In this document: positions 1 to 10,925 of the stretch, piece by piece
How positions within the stretch are numbered: position 1 is the first letter of the stretch
Layout of the letters: each line of letters starts with the position of its first letter
DNA from: Octopus bimaculoides
Taxonomy: Eukaryota
DNA: 37,835 bases
Assembly (NCBI RefSeq): GCF_001194135.2
Contig: NC_068981.1
Coordinates: forward strand, 107,277,474 to 107,315,308
Reading direction: 5' to 3'
Program-made: the position numbers and the translations under genes
Notes under the pieces: generated by a model
Database searches by the model: none
What the model saw: only the letters and a program-made list of their open reading frames with translations
Told to the model about the DNA's origin: nothing

Positions 1-230
1 GGCACATAAAAGACACCATTTCGAGCGTGGCCGTTTTCGTGCGGGTGACACGTAAAAGCACCCACTACACTCTCTGAGTGGTTGGCGTTAGGAAGGGCAT
101 CCAGCTGTAGAAACTCTGCCAAATGAGACTGGAGCCTGGTGTTGCCATCCGGTTTCACCAGTCCTGAGTCAAATCGTCCAACCCATGCTAGCATGGAAAG
201 CGGACGTTAAACGATGATGATGATGATGAT
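1..230 (+). mobile_element. SINE-like retroposon with RTE-type 3' tail, 5'-truncated by the window edge
   Basis: Contains ttggcgttaggaagggcatccagctgtagaaa ... acccatgctagcatggaaagcggacgttaaac followed by a (GAT)n tail. The same motif recurs in many copies in this window. Confidence 0.8.
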
Positions 231-337
231 GATTTTCCTTAACCATCTGTAACACTGTTTTTCACCTCACAAACCTACCTCTCAGTCACTCTTTCTGTTC
301 TTCTACCCCTACTCTTTCTCTCCTATTCACTTGTACC

Positions 338-564
338 TTAACCCTTTAGCATTTAAACTGGCCATATCCAGCCCAGATATGCCTCCTGTTTTAAGTTCAA
401 ACTGGCCAGGCCTAACTTCTCACACCTACCTCCAATGTCATCCTACAAATAGACAATAACTTCGTTGGAATCTCAAAGCTGTGAGACAATACATGATTGA
501 TTCAAAACAATGTGAATAAATAAGTATTTCATTTGGCAGAGTAATTTGAACACTAAATGATTAA
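338..564. mobile_element. piggyBac-type MITE
   Basis: Begins TTAA|CCCTTTAGCATT and ends with the degenerate inverse CACTAAATGA|TTAA. A TTAA target and CCC terminus are piggyBac hallmarks. Confidence 0.6.
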
Positions 565-759
565 AGGTGTGCCTGCACTATCTCTCTCTTTCATTTCAGC
601 TGGAGGAAGCCAAGTATTCTTCTCTTCAGCAAGACACCTGTTCCTGTCCCGCTCTCATACTTTCATCTCCCTCAGTACTATACCCAACCCAGTTGAGGTG
701 GGTCTTGTTTTTTACAAGTACTTTGTAACCTCATTATTGCTGGTGTCACAAAAAAAAAG

Positions 760-920
760 CATCTCAGTACACTCTGGTGTTTGGAAGGGCATCCAGCTGC
801 AGAAACCATGCTAAAGCAGTCGTTGACACTCAGTGCAGTCCACTCACTCATTGGTTCCTGTTGCACCATCGTACCCATGCCAGCATGGAAAAAAGGGACA
901 TTAAACAATGATGATATGAG
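760..920 (+). mobile_element. RTE-tailed SINE fragment
   Basis: ggaagggcatccagctgcagaaacc ... cccatgccagcatggaaaaaagggacattaaacaatgatgat. Confidence 0.7.
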
Positions 921-1136
921 CAACTGACTAGGCCTATGGGATCTGAGACAGTAACTTGTTTAACTAAGGTATTGACTATATTTGAGAAACAAGTGTATTA
1001 GCATATAGACTTGTAGATGATATAAAATGAGTAGTAGCATGAGTTGATGCTGGAATTCACTAAAACCACCACTTCAGATGTGGTAAACTGGTTAGATCAT
1101 AGAAGACTAAGTTATAGACACATTCATGATACCGTG

Positions 1137-2400
1137 TCATTGTCATCCTTGTTTTAATGTCCATTTTCCAATGCCTGGGTCAGATGAAATTTGGTGTACA
1201 TCTGAATGTTCTTCCTCTCTAAGGCATCTCCTTTACACCTGTAACAACTGACTATAAACCAGTCATTGGATATCATACCTTCCTGTACAATTATCCCGGT
1301 GACTAGGCCATATTCCACTCTGTCAGATACTTTAAGTATCTCAGTGGTAATTCCGATGAACCAGGAGCTTTCTTGGTCTTCATATCCTTAATTGCTTTAT
1401 CTATTATACTACTGGCTGGTCCCTTTGTTGGGTTCACATTTGTGAGGCTCTCTTTCTTCCAGACATTCTCCATGTTTAGAGAACTTTAATAGTAGCCCTT
1501 TTTTGTCTTTCTTTTGTCATGTCTCAATTTTCTCTTTGCCATTCAGAACAACTCATGCTTCTGGTCCTCTCACTGTAAATCATTAGCAAACCTCTTCCTT
1601 TCTGCTTCTCCTCTTGCTAAATATACTTGTTATCGAGCTGCTTGATATAATTCTCTGCTACTCTCATTCTTCCAATTCTGTCTCTTTGCTTTTAGGGCTC
1701 TGTTCACTGCACTGTTCCAACAGCATATTACTCATTGGGTTGTCCTGTAAGAACTTCCAATTGTTCTCTATTTTAAATGTCTGTCTCCTCCTCCTAGTCA
1801 AACACTTCAATTAGAACTTCTCTGTATCTGACTGTTTCATGGCCTTTAAGCTTTCAGAAAAGGACTTTACATTTACAACCATCTCTCTATCCCACTTTCT
1901 GGTGAGAGTGTTGTCATTCTGGCTTGTGTAACCATCAGATTGATAAATGTTTAAGTGACTGGCTCATTTCTTGAAGTTAGTGTAATAGACCATTAGGTCA
2001 TTTACATCACAGAACTCCAAACACTTTTTTCCCTCCTCATTTTGCAAACCAAATCCATAACCTCCATGCAATCCATAGTATCCACCAGGATGCTGCTCAA
2101 CATATCCAATCCTTTCATTCATCAGGTAGTCCCCATTGAGGAGCATAGACAGAGTAAATCTTCTGTTGTATTTTCCAAGACTAAGCTATTTGCTGACTAC
2201 CTTAATCACTTTATCCACCCATCTCTGCTACATGTATACCTTACGCATTATTACTGTTGCCTTCCCAGATGATTTTATACCTATTTTCTCTGCACTTGAG
2301 GAAACTGGCAGAGACTTCCCTCCATTGTACCTCTTACATGCAACACAAATCTACATACTTCTGTTTTAGCATTTCAATAGTTTCACCTGACCTCCCTTTC
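1137..2400 (-). mobile_element. Degenerate RTE-clade LINE (APE endonuclease plus linker, up to the start of RT)
   Basis: Minus-strand remnants HGGYGFGLQNEEGKKCLEFCDVNDL (RTE endonuclease) and KAIKDMKTKKAPG, with many stops and frameshifts. An RTE-type tail lies at 1137-1200. Confidence 0.85.
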
Positions 2401-4279
2401 ATTGTGTCTACCCTAAGGTTGTGGACTGGGTAGGAAGAGAGAGTAGAGAGCTGGGAGACAGCTTTCAATATCTGGAGAGAAGGTTTGCAGAAATGTTTGC
2501 CTGCAGGTATGAAAGAACAAATGTAAAAATGATGATAATGAAGGTTGAGTCTGAAATTTATTCTCTAAACTTTTCTAGGGTTTTATTCCCTATAATGTGC
2601 ATTCATTTACATTGATTTATTGATTCTCACACAACTACTTTAACAATACCAGTGAAAGCTTGGCTTCATTGAAGATGGTCATGCCAGAACATCTCTTTAT
2701 TTTCTATACTTGCTGAGAGAAAACAATATCAGTCAATGACTAATAGTTTTTTTTCTTCATTACATGTTTCTAGTTTGCTTTTTAATGATTCTACATTAAA
2801 TATAACACTAACTTAACTATATAGATTATATGTTGCGTATATCCTTAGCAATGAACAGTATAATTGGCAACTACTGAAAGAATGGCGAACTAGCTTGGGA
2901 GAGGAGTAATTACAGAGGCCTGAAACTGATGGAGTAATTTGTGAATGTATCTTACAGAGTTAGTCTGGGTACAAAGGCTTATAGGTTTGGATTAAAGACT
3001 CAGTGCAATGGATGCTGTATTTCTAATGTAAAAAAAATTGAAAGAAATTTCTTAGACATATACAAAGAAAAGTTTTTGGTTTTTAGCTATATGGAAGACT
3101 TTGACAGGTGATCTCTAGAAAATTCAATGTAGAGGAATGACTTATCAGTGTCATCTAGTCATGCTGTTTCTGATTGGGTAAAACTGATTAAAAGCTTTTC
3201 ATCCCATCTCTTTGCTTTTAATTATCATGTATTTAATGCTATATTGTCCAGTGTAGACTTAAGTATTGTTTTTAAGTAGGATTTGGTTTAAGGAAACTTG
3301 ACTGCTATTTTTAATTGGTTTGTATTGTGTATCATGTATGTGCTTTTGTGTGGAGGCCAATAAATCTGTGCTGATATTAGTGAAACTAAGTCAAAACAGG
3401 ATATCCTGAAGAAACACAAAGGCATTATGTGTTGTCATATATTATGTGGATTCAGAAATGATTCAACACTAGAGGCCTCACAGCTTGATACCATTTTAAG
3501 TGTGAAGTAAGGAGTGGAATCTGTTTTTATCAGTCCAACAAACTGGATCAAGCTGAGGGACACAACATGATAGCAGTTAATCTTCAACCATGCAGTCAGT
3601 AGTGCACCAACTTAGTATCTGAAGTGTATATATTTTTTTTATGATTTCTAGTTTAGTATAGTTGTGAGAAGCAGTGATCTCAGCTTTTATTAGTGTTGAA
3701 AGATAGAAGTAACAATGTCACACAAAGAGATATGTAACATATGAAAGTTGTAGTCAACAGATGATCATAACATATGGATATTTTTCTGACCTAATTTTTA
3801 TTCATTTTGTAAATGGTTAGCTTTATCTGGGACAAACCATGTGATTTGTGTCTTATATTTTTGCATTACAATTAGGTTTCCAACAGGTTAATCACTGGTC
3901 CATATCGAAAGTGATAGGGGATTACTCAACTTGATATAAACAATTCATTCATAAGGCAGTTTTGTTTTCTTGCTGATATAAATAAGTGAAATATGCATAC
4001 AAATATATACCAGTGTGATAGGTTTCCAACCACAAGGTTGAAAATTACTGTCAAGGACTGAACTCAGAACCACTTGGTTAAAGAAAAAACTCGAATGTCT
4101 GCTGTGGTTACATAGTCAGTTTTTTTTTTTTTTACTTGATCTCTTTCATTTTGTAGTTTGTTTCTTTTGTAACTAATTGTGCTGCAGGAAGAATTTGAAT
4201 CAATTTTTGCTTCACAAATTGTAAATATTTCAAAATAATCTTTGTACCGAGAATATACGTTTAATTTATTTTCTTTTAG

Positions 4280-4466
4280 GTAATAACATCTATGGTAATG
4301 ATATCAAGGAATATCTGTCTAAAATTAAAAACTCTGCTGAGAGAACAGCTTATATTTTAATGGAGAGAATCTTTCCTTTCACACAGAAAAACATATTACT
4401 ATTTGAGAAACCAACTGATATTGTTGATACTGTTAGTGAACTTGGAATTTATGGAATCATTGTTGG
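4280..4466 (+). CDS. GSS: Glutathione synthetase, penultimate coding exon
   Basis: Acceptor ttcttttag| and donor |gtaagt. Translates (G)NNIYGNDIKEYLSKIKNSAERTAYILMERIFPFTQKNILLFEKPTDIVDTVSELGIYGIIVG, matching the eukaryotic GSS motifs GGGNN(L/I)YG, YILME(K/R)I and SELGI(F/Y)G. Upstream exons were not found in the window. Confidence 0.96.
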
Positions 4467-5259
4467 GTAAGTATTGAGAGATTCAATTCTATTTTATGAA
4501 AGGTGAATGGGGTTAAAGCATTAAGCCTTATGTAACTTTGTCTTTATGAAAAGATAGGTTAATTCAAAGTTTATAGCTTTGGTAAGTCCTCAATTTCTTG
4601 TGTATGTCTGCCCAAAACATTGACGTAACTGAGTGGTCTTCTTCCTCTATTAGAATATGGAAATCTACAAAATGCAACATTTGATATGTCCTGTTGCATA
4701 ATAGCAATGGCCAGCAAAGCTTAAGGGTGAAACATGTCCATTAATTTCTTTGTTATTGAGCTGACACCATGTGAAGCTTGGTGTATACCCCAATCAAAAC
4801 CACCCTCTCAGCTCTTTCTTCATTGTCCAGGCTTTGGCTGCATAGAAGGAAAAAAATGCTCTCTGCACAACCCTGAAAAAGACATGCATTGCTTACTTTG
4901 AGATATTTCATTGCCTGATGTTTTGTAGTTTATTACTGATACTACTAATTAGTCTGCTGCATGTAAAGAAGTTTTTCTTATTGTTAGCAATGCAAGTTCT
5001 GATGTACTTGAAGTCAGACCTCTTTCAATGGTGTGTCACTGTTGGGACGGTCTAGCAGATGACTTTCATTTTCTGGCAGAATTGGAAATCTGAATGTATA
5101 AGCATGAATCATCATATTTATAGGAGCATTATAAGTGTATAAATGAATGCTAATTAGATATGAGTTGTTCTGTGTTCAAGAAATTGAATATTTGCCATAT
5201 TATTGTATTTTTTAAAAATTCACTCCTACAATACATTTGAAAAAATTTTTTTTCCTCAG

Positions 5260-5383
5260 AGATGAACACAAGATTCACATGAATGAACAAGTTGGGCATT
5301 TAATGAGAACTAAAGTTCAAGGTGTAGATGAAGGAGGTATTTCTGCTGGTTTTTCTGCAATAGATTCTCCATATTTAGTCTAA
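5260..5383 (+). CDS. GSS: Glutathione synthetase, terminal coding exon
   Basis: Acceptor tttcctcag|, phase-compatible with the previous exon. Translates DEHKIHMNEQVGHLMRTKVQGVDEGGISAGFSAIDSPYLV*, matching the GSS C-terminus (GHLLRTK...GGVAAG...D.PY.V). Confidence 0.96.
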
Positions 5384-5442
5384 TTCAGTTACCACTGAAA
5401 TAATTTGAATTTACATTTCATTCCTCTGAGTTTTCTTTGATT

Positions 5443-5448
5443 AATAAA
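5443..5448 (+). terminator. Candidate GSS polyadenylation signal AATAAA
   Basis: AATAAA lies 60 nt after the GSS stop, with a second copy at ~5458. The context is AT-rich, so use is unproven. Confidence 0.45.
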
Positions 5449-8376
5449 AAAAAATTAAATAAAGGCTAACAATATACATTTAGAAAATTGACAAGAATCA
5501 ATGAACATGCAAATTATATTTTATTAAGAAAATATAACACAGTAAAACTGACTTCTTTTGAAGACTCCTTTTTTCTATGGTAGTATTTACCAGAAATTTT
5601 CTTCAAAATCAGCATTTATAGAACATTCAACCAAACCAACCAATTTTAATAAAATATTCAAACATAAGTTAATTCAATAAACAACAAACCAAATAACAAT
5701 TCCAAAATAAAAAAAAAATGTAAATGAAATGTTCTTGATTAGATAACTGATAATTTGAAACTGTAATATTTTAATTTTTAGCAACATTTTACAATCAAAT
5801 TGATTGTTTCTATGATATATCTTAATCTTTCTTCACCAAGTAGTTAACTTACACAAGCTGAAATTTGATTACCTATCCATAAACACAATGATTCTAAAAT
5901 CATTTGCACATGGTTCATTTATCAACTGAGTTTCACTCTGTTTCTCAGAAAGGTTTATCTGATATATAAGAAAGAATAATAAAATATTGTAATTAAAAAG
6001 AAAAAAATATATTATAGATTTTTTTAAATTTGGAAAAATATATATTAGAACCACTAGGTTATTTCCAATCAAAATTTTAATGAAATGTGATGTGGAATAT
6101 TTGAAGTATGACATGATTTAATTTTCAAGTTAAATTTTTATGCATAGATATAAACAAAAATTACTTAAGTTTTGTCTATAGTACCTCATAGGGTATTTAT
6201 ATTACTGGTGTTATAGTAATATACTGGGATGCAGTAAAATTGATCAACAACATAGAGTATGTAACCCTACAGCCAGTTAGAAGTAAACTTTGTTGCTGAA
6301 TACTTATGCATGTATGTCATGAGTAAAAATGATTACAAACTATTTTCTTGCTTCCTTATCTCATTTATATAATGTTGATTTCAAATATTTTCTTAACTAT
6401 CCTTATAAAAAAAAATATCTTCTAAGTTATTAGGGATATTGAATAAAGTAAATATTTGTTTAGCTATCTGAGGACATTAAGAATATTTTGTTTATTCCTC
6501 ACTTCATTTAATTAATGATAGCATTAGCTGTACACAAATCAATATAGGTAAAATAGTAAATAATTACTTTCAAAAATCTATTTAACAATAATGATACAGA
6601 GGAAACAAAGTATAATTATGAACCATATGTATAGATAATTAAGGTGCAGATAATCTACAAAGGGAGCATTCACTACAGGCTGACAAAAGGCTAAACTCTT
6701 AAGTGTATTTGTACAATGTTAGTGATGGTGTAATAATACAGATTGAATAACACTTTACCACAACTATAAAACAATCCAAAATTAATTATTGATAAACAAT
6801 GCACCAATATTCCCTTACAATATTATGGGAAGATTCTATTGCCTGGCTAAACTATCAAGACAGAAAGTAGGAAATTTTAGCCTGACATAACATTTCTTTC
6901 AGCAACGACTATAAAGTATGTGTGTTGGTCACAGAAATATGAATATTCATTGTACAGATAGTTTTTGATAAAACCGGAAAAATTTAACAAAGTGTAAATT
7001 ATGTTTTTAAAATCCACTTCAAAAGCATGTTAAAACAACACCTTTTGATAGTGTAGGAACTATTTTTTTTCTTAATTTATTACAGACTGCCATGCATATC
7101 TACCAAAATACATAGCCTACATTTGTGTTGATTAAATAACAGTTAACAATAAATTACTACAGTATTTTTTGTAACTAAGACAGGCATGATTTAAGAAAAA
7201 TACAGTATGTCACAAAATCCTATCATCATTAAACTTTTAAAAAATTTCAGTTCACATAATTATTAATGTAGAAATGAGCACATAAGAAATTAGCAACATT
7301 TGAGTATTTTGAATACTTGTATTAGCAGGAAGAATATTCATGGATTGAGAAATGGCACCATTTGTTTGTTTGGGATTTTATTCTATAACATTTTTGTAGA
7401 TTTTGTTGAATTTAAATAAAAAAAAAATGAATTGATTGTCTTCATTCTATTTAAATATTTACACACATACAGCTAATTTTTGTTTATCAAAAGAAAGTTT
7501 CTAAATTTAAAGAGTTTATTCTGCAAGCATGGACTAAGTCTACAATGCCAGCAAAAAAAGAAATAGTCAACACTATATTAATGCATAATGATCACCCCAC
7601 CTCAAGAAAGTGTAATTATTATTATTTTTTTTTTGTAGGGGATTTCTTAAATTATTAAATGTCTTATGATGTAATTTTCACATGATTGACTGGCTTATCT
7701 ATATTTCTATTTCAAGCTTAAAAAGCAAACCATACCACTATCATAATGCATTCATTATGTAATTCGATCATTGGAAACATAACTGAAAAACTGTTTAAGA
7801 ATTTGTATCTACTATGAATATTTAAGTCCCAACAATACAAGTAAACTAATGACAGTTATATTATCCAGAAAATTTGTGGTGCTTTTGAAATTCTATAACA
7901 AATGCTTTCATAAGTGTCACAGATTTCACTGGTTAATATCTTCAAGACATCACAGGTGTATAAAGACACCTTAATTTAGAGATTTGTAGTTTTTCATGAT
8001 ATATAATGTTCACATACATTCAAATATATGACAGCCCAGGAGTATATTTCCCCAAAAATTTGTTTCAAAAGATATATTTACTTAAAAAAATCAAAATATC
8101 TTTCTAGATTGGATATATTTTAGAAAAAAAAAAAAAAATTGAATGCGAAACTAGCAATTCTGATTACATGTAATTCAATATATGGATATAATCATAGATT
8201 GAATTAGAAAGATGTGAGGGTTCATGAAAAAACAAAAATTAAACAAAAAACAATCCAAGGTAAATATTAAAAAAATATCAAAGGTTTCCAGTGAAAAACT
8301 TAGGAGGACCTGAAGTATATTGAAATAGTAACTCTGCATATATGTACACACACGTGTATATTTGAATGAGAATATA

Positions 8377-8560
8377 CAATCATTTTAATGTCCACTTTCC
8401 TTGCTTGCATGGGTTAGACGAAATTTGTTGAGGTAGATTTTCAACTGTTGGTTGTCCTTACTGTCAGTAACCCTCATCTGATTCTAAGCAAGGTAATGTT
8501 TCCCCTTAGCTAGACATTTTTCACAGATGATTGTAAAGGAGTGATGTCAAGACAAGGAAA
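8377..8560 (-). mobile_element. RTE-tailed SINE fragment
   Basis: Reverse complement of the family tail (ttttaatgtccactttccttgcttgcatgggttagacg). Confidence 0.65.
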
Positions 8561-8799
8561 CACAAACACACTCATGCACACACTAATGTGTGTGTGTAAG
8601 AAAAGAGATGACAAAGGAGGTACTCAATTAGGAGTCCACTGCATCTTATAGTGGAAACAGCTGTAAGCTAATGAAGTTTATAAGATTATCATTTATTCTT
8701 TTGTTATCTCTTCTTATTACCACTCTGTACTTGACTAATACTTCATTCAAAAGAACACGTATATTGAGGTTATTAGTATCACAATGCCTAAGTGAAATA

Positions 8800-9315
8800 T
8801 TAAAACACACACATACATACATATTGTATGGAACGGGCTGCTTTCAGTCTGTCTACCAAATCCATTTACAAGGCTTTGTTTGCCCCAGAAATATTGTAGA
8901 AGACACTCGCCCAAAGTGCCACACAGTGGGACTGAATTTGAAAATGTGATTGAGAAGCAGTCTTCTCAATCATACAACCATACACAGTAATACCTTGAAT
9001 AAGTGTCTTCTACCATAGCTCTAGCTCAAACAAAGAGTTGTGAAAGAATCTGGTAGAATGCAACTGAAGGAAAACCATCATATAACTGAGTGTGTGTGTG
9101 TTTACAGTTGTACTCTATGAAAAATTACCACAAGCCATGTTGTCATCATATCTCTTGTCAGCAGATTATCTGCTCACATTGTGCCTTAGAAGACATGAGG
9201 AGTAAGAAGTCTGTTACTTCAAAGAGAAGTTAAGGTTAGCAACAGGAAGGTCATTTAGCTGTAAAACAATGCTTCAATAATGAGCATCTAAACCATGCTA
9301 GCATAGAAAAATAAA
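8800..9315. mobile_element. Two copies of a tRNA-derived SINE family in inverted orientation (8800-8975 on -, 8990-9315 on +)
   Basis: Shared core gagtgtcttctac...caaagccttgt...tggtagac..actgaa. The plus copy continues into an RTE-type tail (ccatgctagcatagaaaa). Confidence 0.7.
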
Positions 9316-9509
9316 CAAACAAGGTGAAATATAGAATTAAATACACACACACACACATATATATAAATATGTTCATACATATTCAAAGTTGGGTGACATT
9401 CTAGAGAAAGAGTACCCAATACAAATGTAGAGTGCAATAGTGTATTTAAGCCAGTCCAGTTGCATGTGTAATCTGGTGCTCCAGTGGAACAGGCCACAAG
9501 ATTGTCTTA

Positions 9510-9611
9510 AATTATATAATATATATGTGTGTGTGTGTGCATACATATGTGTATATGTGTTTGTATACACACATATCCTTACATACATTCATCTCTCTGT
9601 GTATACATAAA

Positions 9612-9646
<35 letters not shown>

Positions 9647-9656
9647 NNNNNNNNNN

Positions 9657-9708
<52 letters not shown>

Positions 9709-9720
9709 TGCATATAAATA
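9510..9720. repeat. Compound (TG)/(TC)/(TA)/(CA) microsatellite with N gap
   Basis: Directly visible dinucleotide arrays. Confidence 0.95.
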
Positions 9721-9892
9721 TATATACAATTATATATATAAAAAACCTATACATACAAATGCATGTATACATACACAGACATCCATGCACACATGCATAT
9801 GCATTCATACATAGAATTATGTATATACAAATATATACACATACTTTTTTTGTAATATTGGTCTCGAAGCACATATAAAGCTATATATATAG

Positions 9893-10018
9893 CATGTAAA
9901 AATTGGACTGAAAAATCCTTTTGGATACAAAAAGTTTAAAGCTGTCTCTGGGACTCAAACCACAGGCAGCTCTCAACTTTTTCTATTCAAAAAGTTTTTT
10001 CAGTCCAATATTTAGATG
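9893..10018. repeat. 126-nt palindrome (58-bp imperfect arms, 10-nt loop)
   Basis: Arm 9902-9950 (attggactgaaaaatccttttggatacaaaaagtttaaagctgtctctg) matches the reverse complement of 9961-10009 at 41/49 positions without gaps. Pairing extends 9 bp further with 2 mismatches. Confidence 0.9.
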
Positions 10019-10714
10019 GCTTTATTCATAGCTCTATCTGTGCTTTAAGGCCAATATTACCAAAAAAAATCACATTCGCTTGAAAGTTTATTAAATCCTA
10101 AATACACACATAAACTTAACTATCTACCTCATAATATATATATATATATGTACAATATAAGCATCTACATATATAATAGATAGATAGATAGAGACTAGTA
10201 AGCTTGTATTCACTAAAAGACTTGACACTGGAAAGGTGGATAAATAATTCTATTTAGTAGAATTTGTTTTACATTTCCAGAACCCAATGTTTCATACTGG
10301 CAGTTGTCAACATAACACACATGCACATGTATGTGTGTGTGTATGATATATCTAAAACATGACTAAGTTCCAGTTCAGTATTTAATATTAGGGAGATTTT
10401 GTGTGAAGCTGAGACAGTCTGGAAGTGTTGATAAAAAATAAAATTGGAACACCGTCAAAAAATGGTTATATGGGAACAGTTTTCAACATTATATATATAT
10501 ACAATACACACCCATGAATATATATATGTATACATATACACATGTGTGTAAATATATAAGTATTTTTGTATAAACATGTATAAAGGACACGGAAACACAT
10601 AATTGTATATTTCATCTGCATATACACTCACGAAATATATATATATATATATTTCTATATTGCTTGCATATCACCATTTGAAGTCCATGTTCCATGCTGG
10701 CATGCTTGGATAGT

Positions 10715-10925
10715 TTGACATATATATATATATATATATATATGAATATGAATATATATATATATATGAATATACATATATATATATATGAATATACATA
10801 TATATATATATGAATATACATATATATATATGAATATATATATATAAACATATATATATATGAATATATATACACACACACACACTAGTGTATATGTATA
10901 TACATATGTGTGTATATAAATATGC
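10715..10925. repeat. (TA)n-derived minisatellite, ~18-20 bp unit (atatatatatgaatatac)
   Basis: Periodic gaatatac interruptions of a TA array. Confidence 0.9.

Noticed and set aside
3087-3107. 21-nt AG..GT pseudo-microexon in the GSS intron
   Set aside because: The donor is weak (gtgatc), and inclusion would split the invariant EGGGNN motif of GSS.
4988-5093. Phase-compatible open frame after an acceptor in the last GSS intron (NASSDVLEVRPLSMVCHCWDGLADDFHFLAELEI*)
   Set aside because: It has no similarity to the GSS C-terminus and would delete the catalytic RTK and Gly-rich loop. A 34-codon frame can arise by chance. It also lacks a true RTGATGA box C, so it is not called a snoRNA.
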